DNA from: a virus
Lineage: Duplodnaviria > Caudoviricetes
IMG/VR virus record: IMGVR_UViG_3300032233_002382
Span: 1-64,000 of that record
Strand: one strand, 5' to 3'
Length of the DNA stretch: 64,000 nt
Shown here: positions 59,933 through 64,000 of the stretch, in pieces
Layout of the letters: each line of letters begins with the position of its first letter
Numbering within the stretch: the first letter of the stretch is position 1
The notes under the pieces: model-generated
What the model saw: the letters and a program-made list of their open reading frames with translations, nothing else
Told to the model about the DNA's origin: nothing
Databases searched by the model: none
Position numbers and translations under genes: made by a program

Positions 59933-60793
59933 TATCATCCATTGGATCTGGGAGACCGCGAATCACCCACGCACACTCGTCGGCTCCGTGGGCGGTCAAA
60001 GACTCGTGTGGATGAGCGAGAGCCGACCGACATTTCATGGCCACAAGGTCGCTTGCCTGTGCTGCCGCATCCCGCATCGCTTTAACGCCTCGTTTGAAAG
60101 CTAACTTCTCATAGTCCTTGCGGAGAGCGATCATCTCGGACGTCATCTTATTCACGTCTTCTTGAGAGTACGTCAGATCTACGGGCTCTGCAAGAACTTC
60201 ATTGATTTTGTGCTCAAGTTCGCCAATGTATCGAACGCCCATATACTCACCAAGAACGAGACGGTTCGAAGCGATAACGCCCTGGGCTTCTTCAAGAGTT
60301 TCCCTTATCTTATCACTCATCTTGAACATTCCTCACTGACATGTATTCGCAGTCGTGGAAATTCCATTCTACGATATAGACACCAGCTCTTACATCTGGA
60401 ATTCTATGAAATTGCGACATCTCAGTACCCTGAAAATGCTTGGTGTAACACTGTCCCTTGCGAGGCTTTTCCATCCCGTAGGCGGTGGAATCACATTCAT
60501 TGCAAATCCAAAACAAATCACGCTCTGGAGCTTTTCTCCATTTGTGCGTTTTCATCCGATTTTGCCTCCAAGTAGGACTTCAGAAGATTGACATCTTGGA
60601 TTATCAAATCTATCTTCTTCTGATTCGGTGGCTTCCCGTACGAACCATCCTGGTGACACTGAATCTGGAATTCCTGCTCCCGAACCATATCACATACTAC
60701 CTTTCGATAGGCTTCCATCAGCTCATCGGGTGAGAATCGAACTGACTTATCGTACATGGCAAAATGAAGATAATTCTCAACGGTCGGCTTCAT
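59922..60793 (-). CDS. Three genes: 60518..60793, 60313..60555 (Zn-finger family, VRNVQDE), 59922..60329
   Basis: Motif at 60838. Confidence 0.7.
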
Positions 60794-60878
60794 GTGATCA
60801 AACCTCCACCGGAGGAACGAGCGGAACGTCGGATTTCCATATTTAGGTTTTTATATACTGTTACACCTGGAGGATATC

Positions 60879-61385
60879 ATGAAACCAACCGACCTATCGT
60901 CAGCTCTACGCCGCATCGCTTCGAAAATCGAAGCTTCAAAATCCCCAAGCCGAGAACTCGTACTCAAAGATTTGAATAGTTTGGTTCGGAAGATGGCTAT
61001 GGATGATGATTCTCAGGATGATAGTAGTCTTCCTACCGGCGTACATGAAGTCATATCTATGCCGAATGCCGAGTTCACTGTCACTATCGATTGTACGAGG
61101 GGGAGTTCTGGAGTCATAGGTGAGTGTACCATCCAGATACAATCTGAGTGGTCTGAAATCCCGTCTGTAGTTTCTGCTGTACAAAGTATTGATAGAGAAA
61201 TCAACAGTGCCACCACTGGTGAATATTGGGCTATGGTACCAGACAACTTGCCCAAGGCGGCTCGAAGCGCCACGGACGGTTGGATAACTGGATACCTTGT
61301 GTGGTGCTTAGAAAATGGGAAATTCGAAGGCCAACCTGATATCGGTCAGTTTATTTTCAAGTTTGACGTTCTTTTCGAAGGCTAA
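60879..61385 (+). CDS. Protein with N-terminal PSxLSxxLRRIA domain
   Basis: MKPTDLSSALRRIASKIEASKSPSRELVLKDL; GGAGG RBS. Confidence 0.8.
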   Translation: MKPTDLSSALRRIASKIEASKSPSRELVLKDLNSLVRKMAMDDDSQDDSSLPTGVHEVISMPNAEFTVTIDCTRGSSGVIGECTIQIQSEWSEIPSVVSAVQSIDREINSATTGEYWAMVPDNLPKAARSATDGWITGYLVWCLENGKFEGQPDIGQFIFKFDVLFEG

Positions 61386-61463
61386 TAACCGGCTAGATGA
61401 CGATCATGATTCCATTCACGAATCATGAGCCAAACTAAGCGAACCAAAGAATCTTCGATGTAT

Positions 61464-61521
61464 AAAAAGCCGGAGTGATAAGCGCACCAGACTGAAACTG
61501 GGCTTATCACTCCGGCTTTTT
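61464..61521. terminator. Bidirectional intrinsic terminator
   Basis: AAAAAGCCGGAGTGATAAGC...GCTTATCACTCCGGCTTTTT. Confidence 0.85.
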
Positions 61522-61539
61522 CTTTCCAGATCTTCATAT

Positions 61540-61617
61540 TGGCGCTCCTGGAGGGAGTCGAACCCCCGACCGTCGCCTTAGAAGGGCGCTGCTCGTATCC
61601 AGCTGAGCTACAGGAGC
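61540..61617 (-). tRNA. tRNA-Arg(TCT)
   Basis: GCTCCTG...CGCC CTTCTAA GGCG...TTCGACT...CAGGAGC G CCA. Confidence 0.92.
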
Positions 61618-61619
61618 AA

Positions 61620-61795
61620 ATATCCCATCAGGTCCGGTCGGCGTTGCAGCGCCGCCCTTCGCATACTGCAATATACCGCGCTTTCTCAAAGGCGCGCCTG
61701 ATGGAAAACGAGTCCCTGCCGGTCAATTCCGGTAGATTCACGGTGTTCAGCACACCGCCATTCTTTTACCGCCCTTAGCGGGCAGTCCAGGGAAA
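61620..61795 (-). ncRNA. Candidate structured RNA between tRNA-Lys and tRNA-Arg
   Basis: No ORF; nested stems CCATCAGG/CCTGATGG and TCCCTG/CAGGGA enclosing several hairpins. Confidence 0.4.
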
Positions 61796-61871
61796 TGGTG
61801 AGGACGGTGGGGTACGATCCCACAACCAACGGCTTAAAAGGCCATTGCTCTACCAATTGAGCTACGTCCCC
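61796..61871 (-). tRNA. tRNA-Lys(TTT) with non-canonical T-loop
   Basis: GGGGACG...ATGGC CTTTTAA GCCGT...GTGGG ATCGTAC CCCAC CGTCCTC A CCA. Confidence 0.9.
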
Positions 61872-62195
61872 GAAATCTGACTGATTTTACATTTAAAGTG
61901 TCGGCTCGCCCCATAACCCGACCGAATTGCCGAGTATTTTCCACCCGCTGCCGACCGATCCGCCTGAGGAAAGACGAACCCCCTGTGATTACGATTTTAG
62001 GAGTGGTAAATCGCGTGCGGCTCACCGCAAGCCGTTTTTATTTCTTGTTGGCTCGCCCCGTCGGGATTCCACTCCCGAACACCGCCGCTACCAACTTGTG
62101 CTTCCTGGAAAGGTTTAACAGGAAGCTTTGCCCCTGTGATCCGCTGAGAGGCGGTAGATGAATTCGCCTTCAGCTTGCGCTCACGCTCGCGTTTG
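61872..62195 (-). ncRNA. Candidate structured RNA of about 300 nt
   Basis: Several hairpins, internal repeats GGGGCGAGCC and TCACAGGGG, promoter-like motif at 62221. Confidence 0.45.
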
Positions 62196-62222
62196 CTTGA
62201 CGTTCGATTGTCGAGATTTCCG

Positions 62223-62444
62223 CTATCGCTTAGGCTTAATAGTCCCGATGATAGGCGATTCATCCTCGGTAGACCAGAGGGCATTCAGGGCTCTTTCCAG
62301 AGCCCTGGGATCTTCCATGACTTCTGACACGACTGCAACATTAGGGATGTCGAGCAAAAGTTCTTCATTGATTGGACCTGAATAAACGGGCTCGTTTCCA
62401 AGCGTAACGCGGAATTCTTTAGAAGCTGGAATTTTGATCTTCAT
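62223..62444 (-). CDS. Hypothetical protein
   Basis: GAGG RBS before MKIKIPAS. Confidence 0.6.
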   Translation of the reverse strand: MKIKIPASKEFRVTLGNEPVYSGPINEELLLDIPNVAVVSEVMEDPRALERALNALWSTEDESPIIGTIKPKR

Positions 62445-62456
62445 GGCGACCTCATC

Positions 62457-62532
62457 TGGAGCGGGAGACGGGATTCGAACCCGCGACATTCAGCTTGGAA
62501 GGCTGACGCTCTACCAACTGAGCTACTCCCGC
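62457..62532 (-). tRNA. tRNA-Gly(TCC)
   Basis: GCGGGAG...TCAGC CTTCCAA GCTGA...TTCGAAT...CTCCCGC T CCA. Confidence 0.95.
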
Positions 62533-62533
62533 A

Positions 62534-62620
62534 TGGTGGTTGGGGTTGGATTTGAACCAACGAAAGTCATTGACTGGCTGATTTACAGTCAGCTCCCTTT
62601 GGCCGCTCGGGCACCCAACC
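62534..62620 (-). tRNA. tRNA-Tyr(GTA)
   Basis: GGTTGGG...GCTGA CTGTAAA TCAGC, long variable arm, CCCAACC A CCA. Confidence 0.93.
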
Positions 62621-63040
62621 TTAAATATCTACTAGACCAGCGTGATGCTCAGCATGACAGTTATGGCAAAGCAAAGCACACTTATCTATTTCTTCTTTTA
62701 TTATTTCCCATCTTCTCGTTCGACCATCGTTCAATCCAAACGATTTTTGGGATTTGTCTTTATGGTGGAAGGTTAGTGCTGCTAACGATTTAGAATACCC
62801 ACAAATTTCACATTTCCCGCCTTTGTATTCTACTGATTTCCTCTTCATCTCTTGTCGATAAGCTGTAACAAGAGCCATATTCTTTTGTTTCTTATCGAAT
62901 CCTGGCAGTCCGGGGCCTGACTTCTGGTTCTTAAAAGGGCTGCACTTGAAACACTTTGTTCGGTTTGAAAGGGAGTGAGTCTTACCTTCAATCGTAATCA
63001 ACTTGGGTATTTCACCACCACAGGATTTGCAGCTCTTCAT
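62621..63040 (-). CDS. HNH endonuclease (homing-type) inside the tRNA cluster
   Basis: GGKCEICGY...LTFHH...CALLCHNCHAEHH; N-terminal CxxC pairs. Confidence 0.88.
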   Translation of the reverse strand: MKSCKSCGGEIPKLITIEGKTHSLSNRTKCFKCSPFKNQKSGPGLPGFDKKQKNMALVTAYRQEMKRKSVEYKGGKCEICGYSKSLAALTFHHKDKSQKSFGLNDGRTRRWEIIKEEIDKCALLCHNCHAEHHAGLVDI

Positions 63041-63083
63041 AACAGGGGCACGTTAATAGAGCTCTATTAACGTGCCCCTGTTA
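63040..63083. repeat. 44-bp perfect palindrome spanning the HNH 5-prime leader
   Basis: TAACAGGGGCACGTTAATAGAG|CTCTATTAACGTGCCCCTGTTA. Confidence 0.9.
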
Positions 63084-63085
63084 AT

Positions 63086-63161
63086 TGGCTCCTGGGGAGG
63101 GATTCGAACCCCCGACATGGCGGTTAACAGCCGCCCTCTCTGCCAGCTGAGATACCCAGGA
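63086..63161 (-). tRNA. tRNA-Asn(GTT)
   Basis: TCCTGGG...GGCGG CTGTTAA CCGCC...TTCGAAT...CCCAGGA G CCA. Confidence 0.93.
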
Positions 63162-63193
63162 GTGAAACTATCCAGGAGCGAACTAACTACACT

Positions 63194-63541
63194 TTACCAC
63201 GGCTCGTCTTCATAGAGATCGAAGAACGTGTTTTCGTAATCGTGACCGTCGTCGTGTTTTACGCTGCGCCGTGCTGTCGGCTCTTTCCGCATTCGCGCCG
63301 CGCCGCCGTCGACCGGCTCGGCCTCGATCGGTGCGACGGGCGCGGCCTTCTTGCGCTTTCGCGTCTTCGGCGTGTGCGGTCCGTGCGGTCCGTCGCGCAT
63401 CGGGAATTCGGTGATTCCGCCACACCAACAGCATTTATTCCCATGGAAACAGTGGGTATCATCCCGATCAAACCACCCTAGTCCACGCTTCTCATTGTCG
63501 ATCGATCTTTCCATACAATGATCAGGTCCCAAATTCGGCAT
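63194..63541 (-). CDS. Hypothetical protein with Cys/His motif
   Basis: HC...HCFHGNKCCWCG; start refined to MPNLGP. Confidence 0.6.
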   Translation of the reverse strand: MPNLGPDHCMERSIDNEKRGLGWFDRDDTHCFHGNKCCWCGGITEFPMRDGPHGPHTPKTRKRKKAAPVAPIEAEPVDGGAARMRKEPTARRSVKHDDGHDYENTFFDLYEDEPW

Positions 63542-63649
63542 GAATTTCCCTATTAAAAGAATGCCGCTTGTAGGAATTCGGCGCAGCGGCGGCACCGGAA
63601 TTGGGCATCCTACTTACCCGTATTGATAGAAATTACCGGACTCATAATT

Positions 63650-63955
63650 TCATTCTTCGGGAGGAATCGGCTTTAGTTCCAGGGGTGGACGGCGTTTATA
63701 CTTCCGAACCCAGAAGAATGGGGTAGTCTCAAGATCTGGGCCATCGAAATGATCCCACTTTATTATTCCAGCAGGCACGTTCCCATAACGTCTTGGCTTT
63801 GAACCGGGTATCGGTGCAAATTCCTTTGTAACTGTAACAACGGTGCCCTTCTTATTGATATCTAATTCGAGATAAACTCGATCTCCTACTTTGATATCAT
63901 CACCTAAATAAGGTTCCGAGGAGATACGAACCGCAATATTGTTGATGTCGATCAT
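63650..63955 (-). CDS. Small protein with N-terminal IAVRIS motif (SH3/KOW-like strand pattern)
   Basis: MIDINNIAVRISS; IKVGDRV...KGTVV. Confidence 0.7.
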   Translation of the reverse strand: MIDINNIAVRISSEPYLGDDIKVGDRVYLELDINKKGTVVTVTKEFAPIPGSKPRRYGNVPAGIIKWDHFDGPDLETTPFFWVRKYKRRPPLELKPIPPEE

Positions 63956-64000
63956 ATGATCACCCCTCATCCAGGCGATCTATTAAAAATTGGTAGGGAT

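Noticed and set aside
56341-60555. Diversity-generating retroelement behind the Zn-finger variability
   Set aside because: There is no reverse transcriptase or template/variable repeat pair in the window, and the variation includes indels rather than adenine-only changes.
34759-60555. The C-terminal tag as a pure by-product of ATGA stop-start coupling
   Set aside because: It persists where no gene overlaps (42198, 47939, 55181, 56341) and with non-CATGA codons (GTG ATG GAG, CAC GAT). Coupling explains only part of the cases.
62085-62145. Resemblance to a c-di-GMP-I riboswitch (CACAGGGGCAAAGC...GGTAGCGG on minus)
   Set aside because: The GNRA-capped P2 and the tetraloop receptor are not present in the right order; only short words match.
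13914-62221. CRISPR array interpretation of the recurring GC-rich motif
   Set aside because: The copies are dispersed, degenerate and gene-associated; there is no repeat-spacer periodicity and no cas gene in the window.
61620-62221. tmRNA, RNase P RNA, group I/II intron or hammerhead
   Set aside because: No tRNA-like ends with a tag ORF, no GAGGAAAGUCC/P4, no domain V and no complete CUGANGA...GAAA core were found by eye.
61997-62284. 95-aa ORF ending AIYHS
   Set aside because: It overlaps 62223..62444, has no RBS, and its ending does not fit the tag register.
1-64000. Alternative genetic code, rRNA genes, IS transposases
   Set aside because: Known genes are intact in code 11, and no rRNA or DDE/HUH transposase signatures were seen.

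Overview
The window looks like part of a large (probably jumbo) dsDNA phage genome, not a bacterial chromosome. It has dense small ORFs, six tRNAs, a sigma factor, a DNA ligase, TilS, nucleotide-metabolism genes and no rRNA or core housekeeping operons. The host is probably a high-GC bacterium; Myxococcota is an inference from codon usage, a lipoprotein and the ligase architecture. Two gene classes are interleaved: GC-rich cassettes (promoter motif, RBS, small ORF, long inverted repeat) and AT-richer genes for nucleotide metabolism, virion parts and glycosyltransferases. Main observations: (1) about 37 small, mostly unrelated proteins share one C-terminal peptide, [VIAL]xx[VIL][HMQN]x[SAE]-COOH, including an 18-member diversified Zn-finger microprotein family; (2) a second, non-overlapping set of about 13 proteins shares an IASRI-like motif, mostly N-terminal, a candidate capsid-packaging signal; (3) a fixed-spacing motif GGARR-N14-CGTY-N7-TG occurs 39 times, almost always directly upstream of genes; (4) the purA-like gene has PurZ signatures, suggesting a 2-aminoadenine (Z) genome; (5) two candidate structured ncRNAs and an HNH gene capped by a 44-bp palindrome lie in the tRNA cluster. 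All family assignments come from motif recognition by eye; no database searches were run.
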